From the NCBI GenBank assembly GCA_965248265.1, contig CBDFJF010000001.1, positions 2,592,001-2,656,000 of the forward strand: a DNA stretch of 64,000 nt, written 5' to 3'. The stretch comes from Candidatus Latescibacterota bacterium (GTDB lineage: Bacteria > Latescibacterota > UBA2968 > UBA8231). Positions 1 to 9,823 of this stretch are shown piece by piece (within the stretch, counting starts at the first letter, position 1; every line of letters starts with the position of its first letter). A model generated the notes under the pieces. The model saw nothing but the letters and a program-made list of their open reading frames with translations, ran no database searches and was not told where the DNA came from. A program made the translations under genes and the position numbers.

Positions 1-1835
1 CGGTAGTAGTTGAAATTCAGCTCGTGCCTGTGGAAGTCGACATCGCCACCGACAAAGGACGAGGCCACCTCCGGAGAGTAGGAGATTACCGTGCCTTTGG
101 TCGGGAACTGTGGAAAGTCTCGGGTGTCGCGGCGGAAAGTCAGCTCCAGACTACTCGTAGTACGGGACGAAAAACGGGGATCGTCTTGCTGATCGATGTA
201 GCTGGGCGAGAAATCGCTGTAGCGCTCATCCCGCAGCTGATACGCTAGCGACACGGACGAGTACGCAGGTTTCTTGAGGCGGCGCCCGAGCCGAACGCTG
301 ACCGAGTTCCTGTGAAAGTCGAAGCTGTCGAAATACTGCTGGTTCAGGGTAAACACCCGGAATGAGAAGCTCGTGGGGGTATCGAGGAGCCATGGTTCGG
401 TGAAGCCTATCAGGAACTGGGTCCTGCGGCTGCCGAATTCCCAGCTGAAATCAAGATTTTGCCCCTTGCCACGGAAATTCGGGATCTGTAATCCCATCGT
501 TCCCACCAGGCGGTCTCGATCGCTGTACCCGGCTCCGGCGGAAACCGACCCGGTCCGCTGCTCCTCGACCTGGAAGATCAGATCCACGGAGCGGTCACCG
601 ACGAGTTGACTGTACTCGTCGCGAACCTGGACGTCCTTGAAAAACCCGAGCATGTAGAGACGGCGCTGGCTCTCCTGCAACTCGCTCTGCTGGTAGATCG
701 CCCCGGGGCGCAGCTCGATTTCGCGGCGCAGTACCTTCTCCCGTGTGCGCACATTTCCCTGAATCTCTATGCGCCGTATTCGGAAGGGGTCCCCCTCGAA
801 GATCTGAAACTCGACATCGATGCTGTCCCCGTGGACCAGCTCCCGGGGAATCACCTGGGTATCGAGATACCCCTTTTCCCGGTAGGCGTTCGACACCAAG
901 TAGGCCAGCTCAGGTGATGACATGCCGAACACGTCGCCTTTGTCGATGGTCACGTGTTTGTCGAGTTCTCGATTCTCAAAGAGTGTGTTTCCCTGCCACA
1001 CTACATCCCCCAACCTGTACTGCTGACCCTCCTCAACCTCGATGTCGATGAAAAGATTTTTCCGACTCTCGTCGTAGTAGACACTGTCTCGGGTGATAGC
1101 GGCTTGCTGGTACCCCTTGCTGCGGTAGAAGGCAACGATCTTCTGTTTATCCAGATCGTAGGCGTCGCGATCGAACTCACCCTTGCGCCACCAGCGCTTT
1201 TCCTTCGTCTCCATGTGCTTGGTGATCTGGCCATCATCGAATGCCTGATTGTTGGCAATCTGGATGCTCTGGATCTTGACCTTCTCGCCTTCCTTGATGT
1301 CATACTGAAGGAACATCATCCCCTCGTCTTCGGCCTCGAACAACTGGCCGACCACCTCAGCCCGTAAATACCCCTTGTCTTTGTAGAGGTCCTGGATCTT
1401 CTGCCGACCGCGGGCGATGTCTCTGGGTGCTATCAGCTGGCCTGGTTCGAGATTCAGGGCCTCCTTCATCTCTTTTTCTTTCATCTTCTTGTGGCCCTTG
1501 AAGCGCAGACCCTCCATGGCCGGATACTCCTCCACGACCACGATCAGCCGGACGTCCCCCGTGCTCTCGTCCTCTTCGGCGTACAGCTGGATATCCTCGA
1601 ACACATTGAGATTGACCAGGGCGCGCACAGCTTCCTGTACATTCTCCTGTGATAGTTCGACCCCGGGGTTCAATCCCATCGTCGTTAGAATGAGCGACTT
1701 GGCCACCTTGCGGAGCTCGCCCTCGATTTCGATCGAGGATACCTTGGGCTGCGCCTCCACGGGGCGGGCGTACAGACCCATCCCCATAACTGCGGCGACT
1801 GCAAGCAGCGCCAGAGTCCGAAGAACCTGTCTCAT
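1..1835 (-). CDS. bamA: Outer membrane protein assembly factor BamA (partial; runs off the window start)
   Basis: Not in the ORF track because it is truncated. Manual translation from ATG at 1835 gives MRQVLRTLALLAVAAVMGMGLYARPVEAQPKVSSIEIEG..., a signal peptide followed by POTRA-type segments (ALVNLNVFEDI, IQDLYKDKGY, LPNFRGKGQ). It lies directly downstream of clpC. Confidence 0.9.
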   Translation of the reverse strand, partial: MRQVLRTLALLAVAAVMGMGLYARPVEAQPKVSSIEIEGELRKVAKSLILTTMGLNPGVELSQENVQEAVRALVNLNVFEDIQLYAEEDESTGDVRLIVVVEEYPAMEGLRFKGHKKMKEKEMKEALNLEPGQLIAPRDIARGRQKIQDLYKDKGYLRAEVVGQLFEAEDEGMMFLQYDIKEGEKVKIQSIQIANNQAFDDGQITKHMETKEKRWWRKGEFDRDAYDLDKQKIVAFYRSKGYQQAAITRDSVYYDESRKNLFIDIEVEEGQQYRLGDVVWQGNTLFENRELDKHVTIDKGDVFGMSSPELAYLVSNAYREKGYLDTQVIPRELVHGDSIDVEFQIFEGDPFRIRRIEIQGNVRTREKVLRREIELRPGAIYQQSELQESQRRLYMLGFFKDVQVRDEYSQLVGDRSVDLIFQVEEQRTGSVSAGAGYSDRDRLVGTMGLQIPNFRGKGQNLDFSWEFGSRRTQFLIGFTEPWLLDTPTSFSFRVFTLNQQYFDSFDFHRNSVSVRLGRRLKKPAYSSVSLAYQLRDERYSDFSPSYIDQQDDPRFSSRTTSSLELTFRRDTRDFPQFPTKGTVISYSPEVASSFVGGDVDFHRHELNFNYY

Positions 1836-1869
1836 CAATACCTTTTGTCTGTTGATGGAGCTGAGTCGC

Positions 1870-4341
1870 CTACTGGGTGGCGGTCTCTTCTTCCTTCTCA
1901 TCGACTGCTTCATTGGAGTCACGCTCATCGTCGAAGACGAGGGCGTCGGCCTTTTTGGTCACCCGAATACGGCTGCCGTCCGCGAAGCGCCCCTGAAGAA
2001 TCTCTTCGGCGAGAGGATCCTCCAGCAATTTCTGGATCGTGCGTTTGAGATAGCGGGCACCAAAGCGCTGGTCGAAACCGTTCTCTGCTATCAGGTTCTT
2101 GGCGCCCGGAGTGATCCGCAGTTTGATGTCCTGTGGCTCGAGGCGGCTCTTGAACTCGGTGAGAACAATGTCGACGATGCCGACGATGTCTTCCTTGCGC
2201 AGGGCGTGGAAGATGACGGTGTCGTCGATCCGGTTCAGGAACTCCGGATTGAATGTCCGCTTCATCGCGTCCGTGATCTTGTTGTCCAGTTGAAGCTGGA
2301 AGGTCTCGGAGTCCGCGTTCTGAAAACCGAGTACCCCGCCCTCACCCACTTCGCGGCTACCGACATTGGAGGTCATGATGATGACGGTGTTGCGGAAATC
2401 GACCTTGCGGCCGGTACTGTCTGTTAGGCGGCCCTCGTCCAGGATCTGCAGCAGAATATTGAAGACGTCGGGGTGCGCCTTCTCGATTTCATCCAGCAAT
2501 ACGACCGAATAAGGACGGCGACGGACGCGCTCGGTGAGCTGTCCGCCTTCGTCGAAACCGACGTATCCGGGAGGCGCGCCGATGAGGCGAGATACGGAGA
2601 ACTTCTCCATGTACTCGGACATGTCGACGGTGATCAGGGCGTCTTCCTCGCCAAACAGGAATTCGGCAAGTTTTCTGGCGAGGTAGGTCTTTCCGACTCC
2701 CGTTGGACCGAGAAAGATGAAAGAACCGATCGGCTGCTTGGGATCCTGAAGTCCTGCTCTGCTGCGGCGGATCGCTTTCGATATGATGGAGACGGCAGGT
2801 TCCTGGCCCACGACCAGGGTCTTGAGTTCATCCTCCATGCCCAACAGCCGCTCGGTCTCGCTCGTGGCCAGCCGTTGGATCGGCACGCCGGACATACTCG
2901 ATACAACCTCGGCGATGTCTTCCTCCGTGACCTCCACGATCTCGTTGCGTACCTCTTCCTCCCATGCCCGCCGTCTCTGTTGCAGCTTCTCACGCAACGT
3001 GTGCGCCTGGTCTCGCAGATTCGCCGCCTCTTCGAACTCCTGGCGTTCGGAACACTCCAGCTTACGCCGGTCGATTTCCTGTATCTCCGACTCGAGCTTG
3101 CCGATCTCCTCGGGCGGACTCAATCGCGCCAGATGGACCCGTGAACCGGTCTCGTCGATGACATCGATGGCCTTGTCTGGAAGATAACGATCATTGATGT
3201 AACGATCGGCCTGCTTGACCGAGTAGGCGATCACATCATCAGGGAATTTGACGAGGTGATGTGACTCGTAGTTCGAGCGCAGACCCTTGACGATCTCGAT
3301 GGTGTCCTCGACCGATGGAGGATCCACCATGATGGTCTGGAAGCGGCGCTCCAGGGCTCCGTCCTTCTCTATGTACTTGCGGTATTCGTCCAGAGTGGTC
3401 GCCCCGATGCACTGCAACTCTCCTCTGGAAAGGGCAGGCTTGAACATGTTGGATGCGTCGAGCGTACCTTCGGCGCTGCCGGCGCCCACGATCGTATGCA
3501 GTTCATCAATAAAAATCACGACATCCGGGTTCTGCTGAAGCTCGTTCAGCACAGCCTTGATACGCTCCTCGAACTGTCCACGGTACTTCGTCCCGGCCAC
3601 GACCCCACCCATATCCAGCGTCACCAGTCGCTTGTCCAGCAGAATCTGGGGCACCCTTTTTTCGACCACTCTCTGCGCAAGCCCTTCGACGATCGCGGTC
3701 TTGCCGACACCGGGATCCCCGATCAGGATGGGGTTGTTCTTCTTTCTCCGGCTCAGTATCTGCGTAACCCTCTCGATTTCCTTCTCACGTCCAATGACTG
3801 GATCGAGCTTTCCCTCGCGGGCAAGTTGCGTCAGATCGCGACCGAAGTGATCCAGGAAAGGGGTCTTGCTCTTTTTGCCCTTCTCTTTCTGTCCCCCCGT
3901 CGACTTTCCCTCTATCACGGCCAGCGTTTCCTCCATGGCCGTCTTGTAGTCGACACCAAACGCAGCCAGAATCTGGGCTGCCACACCTTCTTTGTCTTTG
4001 AGTAAGGCCAGCAAGAGATGTTCGACGTCGACGAACTGGGTCTTCATCTCTTTGGCCTCGTTGGCCGCAACTTCCAGGATCTGCTTTGCACGAGGAGTGA
4101 ACGGGACTTCGCCGATCGTCATCGTGCCACCCGAGGTGGCGACGTAGTCTTCGACGGATTGCTTAACCGTTTCCAGGTTTAGTCCGAGGTTCGTGAGGAC
4201 GTTGACCGCCTTGCCTTTGCCCTCTTTGATGATGCCGAGCAGTAAATGCTCCGTGCCAATGTAATTGTGCCCGAGTCGCGCCGATTCCTCACGCGCGTAC
4301 TGCATCACCCGCTTCACACCATCAGTGAACATGTTGTTCAT
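1870..4341 (-). CDS. clpC: ATP-dependent Clp protease ATP-binding subunit ClpC
   Basis: Clp-N repeats ([12 protein letters not shown]), two Walker A motifs ([16 protein letters not shown]), a UVR/M-domain ([11 protein letters not shown]) and an LGF ClpP-docking loop. Start moved to ATG 4341 because an AGGAGGT SD lies just upstream. Confidence 0.96.
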   Translation of the reverse strand: MNNMFTDGVKRVMQYAREESARLGHNYIGTEHLLLGIIKEGKGKAVNVLTNLGLNLETVKQSVEDYVATSGGTMTIGEVPFTPRAKQILEVAANEAKEMKTQFVDVEHLLLALLKDKEGVAAQILAAFGVDYKTAMEETLAVIEGKSTGGQKEKGKKSKTPFLDHFGRDLTQLAREGKLDPVIGREKEIERVTQILSRRKKNNPILIGDPGVGKTAIVEGLAQRVVEKRVPQILLDKRLVTLDMGGVVAGTKYRGQFEERIKAVLNELQQNPDVVIFIDELHTIVGAGSAEGTLDASNMFKPALSRGELQCIGATTLDEYRKYIEKDGALERRFQTIMVDPPSVEDTIEIVKGLRSNYESHHLVKFPDDVIAYSVKQADRYINDRYLPDKAIDVIDETGSRVHLARLSPPEEIGKLESEIQEIDRRKLECSERQEFEEAANLRDQAHTLREKLQQRRRAWEEEVRNEIVEVTEEDIAEVVSSMSGVPIQRLATSETERLLGMEDELKTLVVGQEPAVSIISKAIRRSRAGLQDPKQPIGSFIFLGPTGVGKTYLARKLAEFLFGEEDALITVDMSEYMEKFSVSRLIGAPPGYVGFDEGGQLTERVRRRPYSVVLLDEIEKAHPDVFNILLQILDEGRLTDSTGRKVDFRNTVIIMTSNVGSREVGEGGVLGFQNADSETFQLQLDNKITDAMKRTFNPEFLNRIDDTVIFHALRKEDIVGIVDIVLTEFKSRLEPQDIKLRITPGAKNLIAENGFDQRFGARYLKRTIQKLLEDPLAEEILQGRFADGSRIRVTKKADALVFDDERDSNEAVDEKEEETATQ

Positions 4342-4460
4342 CCCCGAAGACCTCCTATATGTCCTGGTCCCACCATCGTGCGGCGGCGGCACGGCAGTGC
4401 GTTTTTTTCGCGCAAGTACCTGGAAAGACCTGTGTTACGACTATTCTGACCCAGAATCTG

Positions 4461-4489
4461 AACCTACCAAAAGCCCCAGACGTTGTCAA
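4461..4489 (-). promoter_or_regulatory. Sigma70-type internal promoter for clpC
   Basis: TTGACA (4489-4484, overlapping the mcsB stop), 17-bp spacer, TAGGTT (4466-4461). Confidence 0.55.
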
Positions 4490-5562
4490 GCAGCCCCCCG
4501 GCCATGTGCGTCGGCTTCCTCGAGCTTCCTTCTAACGATGGTCGCGCGTCTGGAATCCCGCTCATCCGGTTCCAACCTCTGCCCGGCTTCCGCCTGTAGA
4601 TGCGCGGGCTGAGTTACAATCATGAGTTGATTCACGAACCTGGACGGGAGGCCGCTGATGAGGGAAAGGCTCAAGCCCAACCTCACCGCAGAGAGCAGAT
4701 TCATGAACTCCTGGCTGCTCAACACTCGAGCGTTCGACAGGAGTCCCAGTGCACGCCAGACCTTATCCTCGACTTGTGAGCGGGCTTCCGCCAGGAGCGC
4801 TTCCTGACCGTCGCGCTCGTATTCTACGAGCTTTCGGGCGACCCCGAGAAGGCCGTCCACGATCTCCTGTTCGGACTGTCCCAGGGTCGACTGGTTCGAT
4901 ACCTGAAACAAATTTCCCGCCGCATTGGTTCCCTCACCGTACACTCCCCTGACCGTGAAGGACATCTGGCTCAATCCCTGCAAAACTCGTTCCATGTCTT
5001 CCGTCAGCACCAAGGCCGGCAAATGCATCAGTACGGATAGCCTCAGCCCGGTCCCGGTGTTGGTAGGACAAGCGGTCAAGAAACCGAGGTCGTCGCTGTA
5101 GGCGCATTCCAGATTGAGTGCCAACTCGTCGTCGAGGGCGTTGACCCTCTCCCAGGCGGCACCCGCCTGGAGCCCGGGCGAAATCGACTGGATCCGAAGG
5201 TGGTCCTCCTCGTTGATCATGACGCTGAGCGACTCGTCACTGTTGAAGAGCACTCCCCGTTGACCTTTGGCGTCAGCCAGGTTGGGACTTATCAGATGGC
5301 GTTCCACGAGCAGGCGACGCTCGTTCTTGTCCAGCAGTTCCATGTTGTAGAAGGTGGCCGCGCTCATGTGCTTGCAGCCCTTGGCGGCGGCGAGGACGGA
5401 GGCGATGACCTGCGCCTGCTCCTCTTCGGTGATCCTGGCACCGAATGGGTAGGTCGAGACGTTCCTCGCCAAGCGAGCGCGGCAGCTGATCACAATTCCG
5501 GCGGCATCATCTTCTCCGCTCAACCAGCTCGGCGCGCTCGTGACCAGGGATTGGAGCTTCAT
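4486..5562 (-). CDS. mcsB: Protein-arginine kinase McsB
   Basis: ATP:guanido phosphotransferase motifs RARLARN, NEEDHLRIQ, LTACPTNTGTG, NLFQVSNQ. Lies between mcsA and clpC. Start set at ATG 5562 (MKLQSL), with a GAGGT SD. Confidence 0.94.
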   Translation of the reverse strand: MKLQSLVTSAPSWLSGEDDAAGIVISCRARLARNVSTYPFGARITEEEQAQVIASVLAAAKGCKHMSAATFYNMELLDKNERRLLVERHLISPNLADAKGQRGVLFNSDESLSVMINEEDHLRIQSISPGLQAGAAWERVNALDDELALNLECAYSDDLGFLTACPTNTGTGLRLSVLMHLPALVLTEDMERVLQGLSQMSFTVRGVYGEGTNAAGNLFQVSNQSTLGQSEQEIVDGLLGVARKLVEYERDGQEALLAEARSQVEDKVWRALGLLSNARVLSSQEFMNLLSAVRLGLSLSLISGLPSRFVNQLMIVTQPAHLQAEAGQRLEPDERDSRRATIVRRKLEEADAHGRGAA

Positions 5563-5572
5563 CGCGGCGACC

Positions 5573-6166
5573 TCATCGACTGTCCTCCGGGTCAGGATCA
5601 CTCGCTGCCGCCTCCAGTTGGCCGATGCGATCACGTAGAGCCGCAGCTTGCTCGTAGGCCTCGGCTTGCACCGCCTTCTCGAGCTCGGCCCTCAATTCAC
5701 CCAGATCATCGATGGCCAGCACTGCACCGCTGGTGGCCTCTGGCGTCGGATCCTGCTCGACAGCTGACGCAGCACAAGGCCGCTTGCCTACATGCACCTG
5801 AGCTCCATGGATCCGCTTCATGAGGCGTTGGAGCTCCTCGCTGAAAGCCTGGTAACAGTCGTCACACCCAAAACGGCCATTCTTGCGGAACTGCCGATAG
5901 GTCATACCGCACCCGGAACATGTTTTATCCGATGCCTTGCCCGTATTCGGTAGATGACCGGTCACGGCATTCGACGCCTTGGCCTCGGGCTTCTTTTTTT
6001 CTGGCGCCACTTCCACCTCGGCCGCGGATGGTTGAGCACCCGTGCTGGTACCGTGGGCTACCTGAGAAGCGCAGCTGGGACACAGATGGAGGGCTCGCTT
6101 CTGATCAGCCGAGATTTTGGTGAGAAGGACCGTCGCCTCCTCCTGCTTGCATGATTCACATTTCAT
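5573..6166 (-). CDS. mcsA: McsB activator McsA (CXXC Zn-finger and UvrB/C motif)
   Basis: Four CXXC pairs (CESC, CPSC, CSGC, CDDC), IHGAQVHVGK and a C-terminal UVR motif (EAYEQAAALRDRI). Confidence 0.92.
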   Translation of the reverse strand: MKCESCKQEEATVLLTKISADQKRALHLCPSCASQVAHGTSTGAQPSAAEVEVAPEKKKPEAKASNAVTGHLPNTGKASDKTCSGCGMTYRQFRKNGRFGCDDCYQAFSEELQRLMKRIHGAQVHVGKRPCAASAVEQDPTPEATSGAVLAIDDLGELRAELEKAVQAEAYEQAAALRDRIGQLEAAASDPDPEDSR

Positions 6167-6177
6167 GGTGGTTGGCG

Positions 6178-6846
6178 TCAGTTCAAGAGCAATCGGCCTT
6201 GTTCGATGCGACCGCTGCGATCGAATCGGGAAGCCAGTTCGTGGTCGTGTGTCATGATCAGGAAAGTCTGATTCTCTGATTGCGCCAATTCTATTATCAT
6301 GTCGTGGAGGCGCATGCTGGTCTCAGCATCGAGGTTGCCCGATGGCTCATCGGCTAGGACAATAAGAGGCTCCATGACCAGGGCACGAACCACGGCCACG
6401 CGCTGACACTCGCCTCCAGAGAGCTCTCCAGGGCGGTGATGCAAGCGAGCCTCCAACCCCACTCGGGAGAGCAGATCTAGTGCTTTGTCGCGTATGTCAG
6501 GCATCGACTGCCCTGCAATCATGGCCGGAAGCATCACATTCTCGATGGCCGTGAACTCGGGCAGGAGGTTGTGAAACTGGAACACGAAGCCGATGTGCCT
6601 GTTGCGAAACTCGGCGAGATCGTCATCTGGAAGATCCAGAACATCCGTTTGCCTTATTTGGAGCTCACCGTGGCTCGGCCGATCGAGTGTGCCGAGAATG
6701 TGCAACAACGTGCTCTTGCCGACACCGGAAGCGCCGGTTACGGCAACGAGCTCCCCCCGTGCCAACTGCAGACTCACGTTGCTCAGCACCGGCAGGTCCT
6801 CGACGCCCGACTTGTAGCTTTTGCTGATGTTGTGCGCTTCCAGCAC
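6178..6846 (-). CDS. lolD: Lipoprotein-releasing ABC transporter ATP-binding protein LolD
   Basis: GASGVGKST Walker A, IGFVFQFHNLL, LSGGECQR and ADEPSGNLD. The track ORF (to 7329) overlaps lolC, so the true start is probably near GTG 6846. Confidence 0.88.
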   Translation of the reverse strand: MLEAHNISKSYKSGVEDLPVLSNVSLQLARGELVAVTGASGVGKSTLLHILGTLDRPSHGELQIRQTDVLDLPDDDLAEFRNRHIGFVFQFHNLLPEFTAIENVMLPAMIAGQSMPDIRDKALDLLSRVGLEARLHHRPGELSGGECQRVAVVRALVMEPLIVLADEPSGNLDAETSMRLHDMIIELAQSENQTFLIMTHDHELASRFDRSGRIEQGRLLLN

Positions 6847-6893
6847 GAGCTCAACCCCGCTGGCTTTATCCCTGATTTCGATACGCTCTCTCC

Positions 6894-8144
6894 CTACATA
6901 ATATATCGGATCGCTTCGACCGGTTGCAGGGCGGCCGCCTTGCGAGCCGGGTACACCGATGCCAGCAGCGAAATGGTCAGGCTGACGACGGACACCAGCA
7001 GGAAATCCAGCAGCTGCATGTCCACGGGCAGATTGCTGATGATGTAAATGTCGCTGGGGATGGCGATCAAATCGAAGCGGTCCTGCATCCAGCAGACCAG
7101 GTAGCCGACAGTGCAACCGAGGGCAGTGCCGAAAACTCCGATGAACAGACCCTGGTAGACGAAGATGCGCCTGACACTCCTGGCCTTGGAGCCCATGGCT
7201 CTGAGGATGCCGATTTCGGGCGTCTTGATCAAGATCGACATGGTCAGGATCGACATGATGTTGAACGAGGCAACCAGGATGATCAAACTCAGAGCGATGA
7301 AAATGACCCACTTCTCCAGCTCCATCCAACGAAAGAGCTCGGGAAATTGTTTCGTCCAGTCGGTGCCTCGGTACGGGTAGCCGAGCTCTTCACTCAATCG
7401 CTCTCGAATCGCCGGCGCCTCGTCTAGGTCGGCGACGCGCAGATGGATATCGGTTACCGCATCCCCCAGTTTGAGCACATTTTGAGCGGCGGCGAGAGAG
7501 ATGAAGCCAAATTTGTCGTCATAGTGGTACATGCCACTCTGGAACAGATCCGTGACCACGAAGGGATGGACCTTTGGCTTCAATCCCATCAGAGCCACTT
7601 CCTCCACATCACTGCTTGGGAAGGTGAGCAGGTACACGTTCTGGCCAGGTCCGGTCCTGAGCCGGCTGGCCAATTGCTGTCCGAGCACGATTCCCGGGAG
7701 CCTGCCCCCGTCGAGAGGATCGAAGTTGATCTGGTTGTCAGAGAGGTAAAGATGCTCGGGCAAATCCGAAACCGTGCCGAACGTCTCGGGCTCGATACCC
7801 CATATCAGGGCGCCGTCCTGTTCGTGCTCCGCCCACAACACCATTTTCCCTTTCACGATCGGAGCGGACCCGGTGAGTTGCGGATCGGCCTCCAGACGCG
7901 CCATCACCTCGCGATACGCCTCGATGGGTTCGCCGTGCCACTTTTTCACGGCCACGTGCGCGTCCATGCCGATCAGGCGGCTCTTGACTTCTCCCGAGAA
8001 CCCGTTAGTAACCGACAGCATGATGACCAGGGCGGCTACACCGAGAATGACGCCTCCCACCGCGATGAATGCGATGAAGGACAAGAACCCGGCGTTCTGC
8101 TTGGACCGCAGATAGCGTCTGGCGATGAACAGCTCGTAGGTCAA
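6894..8144 (-). CDS. Lipoprotein-releasing ABC transporter permease LolC/E
   Basis: FIARRYLRSK N-terminus, GVAALVIMLSVTNGF, EIGILRAMG and YPARKAAALQPVEAIRY. Adjacent to lolD. Confidence 0.9.
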   Translation of the reverse strand: MTYELFIARRYLRSKQNAGFLSFIAFIAVGGVILGVAALVIMLSVTNGFSGEVKSRLIGMDAHVAVKKWHGEPIEAYREVMARLEADPQLTGSAPIVKGKMVLWAEHEQDGALIWGIEPETFGTVSDLPEHLYLSDNQINFDPLDGGRLPGIVLGQQLASRLRTGPGQNVYLLTFPSSDVEEVALMGLKPKVHPFVVTDLFQSGMYHYDDKFGFISLAAAQNVLKLGDAVTDIHLRVADLDEAPAIRERLSEELGYPYRGTDWTKQFPELFRWMELEKWVIFIALSLIILVASFNIMSILTMSILIKTPEIGILRAMGSKARSVRRIFVYQGLFIGVFGTALGCTVGYLVCWMQDRFDLIAIPSDIYIISNLPVDMQLLDFLLVSVVSLTISLLASVYPARKAAALQPVEAIRYIM

Positions 8145-8154
8145 GGCAGGCCTT

Positions 8155-9247
8155 TCAACGACCGTGCGTCAAGTAGGCTTTGATGAAACCGTCGATGTCG
8201 CCGTCCATGACGGCCTGGACGTTGCCGGTTTCATGCGAAGTACGGTGATCCTTGACCATCTTGTAGGGGTGAAAGACGTAGGACCGAATCTGACTGCCGA
8301 AGTCGATGCTCTTCTTCGTGCTTTCGACCGCCTCGAGCCTCTTGTCCTCCTCACTCTTGAAGTGCTGGTACACCCTGGCCGTGAGTACCTTCAACGCCAT
8401 CGATTTGTTCTTGAACTGTGAGCGCTCATTCTGGCACTGCACCGTGATCCCGGTGGGCAAATGCGTAAGTCTTACGGCTGATGAAGTCTTGTTGACGTGC
8501 TGGCCACCGGCTCCGCCCGCTCTGAAGGTGTCGTACTGCAAGTCCTCATCCCGCAGTTCCAGGTTCGGGATCTCGTCAACCTCAGGGAAAACGAACATGG
8601 AGGCGAAGGAAGTGTGTCTGCGCTTGTTGGCATCGAACGGGGATATGCGTACGAGGCGATGAACCCCGGCTTCGGCCTTCAGGTACCCGTAAGCGTAAAG
8701 CCCTGTGACCTCGATCGTCGCGGACTTGATGCCGGCCTCATCGCCGGGCTGAAGATCCAGAATCCTGCTGTTGAAACCAGAGCGCTCGAACCAACGGGTG
8801 TAGAGTCGCATGAGCATCTCGGTCCAGTCGGCGGCCTCGGTGCCCCCGGCACCGGAATTGAGCTCCACGATCGCATCTTTGCGATCGTCCTCCTCATTGA
8901 GCAAGTTGCGCAGTTCCAGATCGTCGAGCCGCGTGTAGAAACCAATCATCTCCTGCACGATCTCCGCCAGTGAGGTATCGTCCGACTCCTCACTGGCCAT
9001 TTGGTACAGCTCCTGCGCGTCATCGAGCTGTTGTTTCAGCTCCGACCAGGGTCGAATGGTCTCCTTGAGTTGGCTGACGTGTCGCGTCGTGTCCTCCGCC
9101 TGCTTCCGGTCTGACCAGAAATCAGTTTCGGCCATGCGCGTTTCGAGCGTTTCCAGCTCTTGCGTTGCGCCTTCGATGTCAAAGATATCCCCGCAACCGT
9201 TCCATACGTTCTTGACAGTCGGTGAGCATTTCCTCGGTCGTTGCCAT
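8155..9247 (-). CDS. prfB: Peptide chain release factor 2, with programmed +1 frameshift
   Basis: The main ORF has SPF and GGQ motifs. An upstream frame-0 ORF from ATG 9247 (AGGAG SD) reads MATTEEMLTDCQERMERLRGYL and ends at CTT TGA C (9184-9178). Confidence 0.96.
9178..9193 (-). promoter_or_regulatory. RF2 autoregulatory +1 frameshift site
   Basis: CGGGGA-TAT-CTT-TGA-C: an internal SD-like element followed by the canonical CUU UGA C slip site. Confidence 0.93.
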
Positions 9248-9303
9248 TTGTCACACTCCTATCTTTCGGATTTCACTCGGTCGTGCTGCGTTACTTTGTG
9301 TCG

Positions 9304-9795
9304 TTACTCCTGATAGCGTTCGAACAGCAAACGCTCCGCACTGCGATCCATCGGAATCGTGAACAAGAGCTCGCCTTGCACCGAGTCGTCACGATCCAGG
9401 CGAAACTCGTCCGCTCCTATGTCGATGAACAGAGGCGAGTGGGTCAGTGGATAGTGCAACTGGTCGTCGCTGTCCTTCAGCCGAAAACAGCGGGTGACAA
9501 TAGGGTAGCCAATCTTCATTCGGGCCCTCATCTCCATCGTCACCAGCACGAACTTGTGGCCCTCCTGTGGAAGGCCCTTGAAGTAATGAAAATAGCGAAC
9601 CTCGTCGACCTCCAGTACATAGGGTGTCTTGATGCGGTCGAATAGATCCGGCAGCTCATCAAGTTTGCCGTAGGACCCGTCATTGAACTTGTATGCGAAG
9701 TAGATCGGTACAGCCAGGGCGCTGCCGAGAAGGACTATGCGGTTCAGCCAGCGCAGGCGGGCCCGATTCTGACTCCTGGAGGATTGATAGTTCAC
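9304..9795 (-). CDS. Hypothetical membrane-anchored protein (DUF4352-like Ig fold)
   Basis: 163-aa ORF with an N-terminal TM helix, FRLKDSDD and VQGELLFTIP, which resemble DUF4352-type motifs. Co-directional within the operon. Confidence 0.6.
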   Translation of the reverse strand: MNYQSSRSQNRARLRWLNRIVLLGSALAVPIYFAYKFNDGSYGKLDELPDLFDRIKTPYVLEVDEVRYFHYFKGLPQEGHKFVLVTMEMRARMKIGYPIVTRCFRLKDSDDQLHYPLTHSPLFIDIGADEFRLDRDDSVQGELLFTIPMDRSAERLLFERYQE

Positions 9796-9823
9796 GGGAA
9801 AGGTGCTCTGTGCCGCTGGCCGG

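Noticed and set aside
24-2427. Plus-strand ORFs such as 1417..2427 and similar antisense ORFs throughout (13192..14202, 62705..63610)
   Set aside because: Shadow ORFs opposite well-supported genes (bamA, clpC, ftsK, CNNM); expected at high GC and without recognisable motifs.
4430-4466. CtsR box upstream of clpC
   Set aside because: Only one GGTCAGA half-site; there is no properly spaced second heptad.
6847-7329. N-terminal extension of LolD in the ORF track (likewise the sulfotransferase extension to 32880)
   Set aside because: Overlaps the upstream gene in another frame and has non-protein-like composition; the real starts are downstream.
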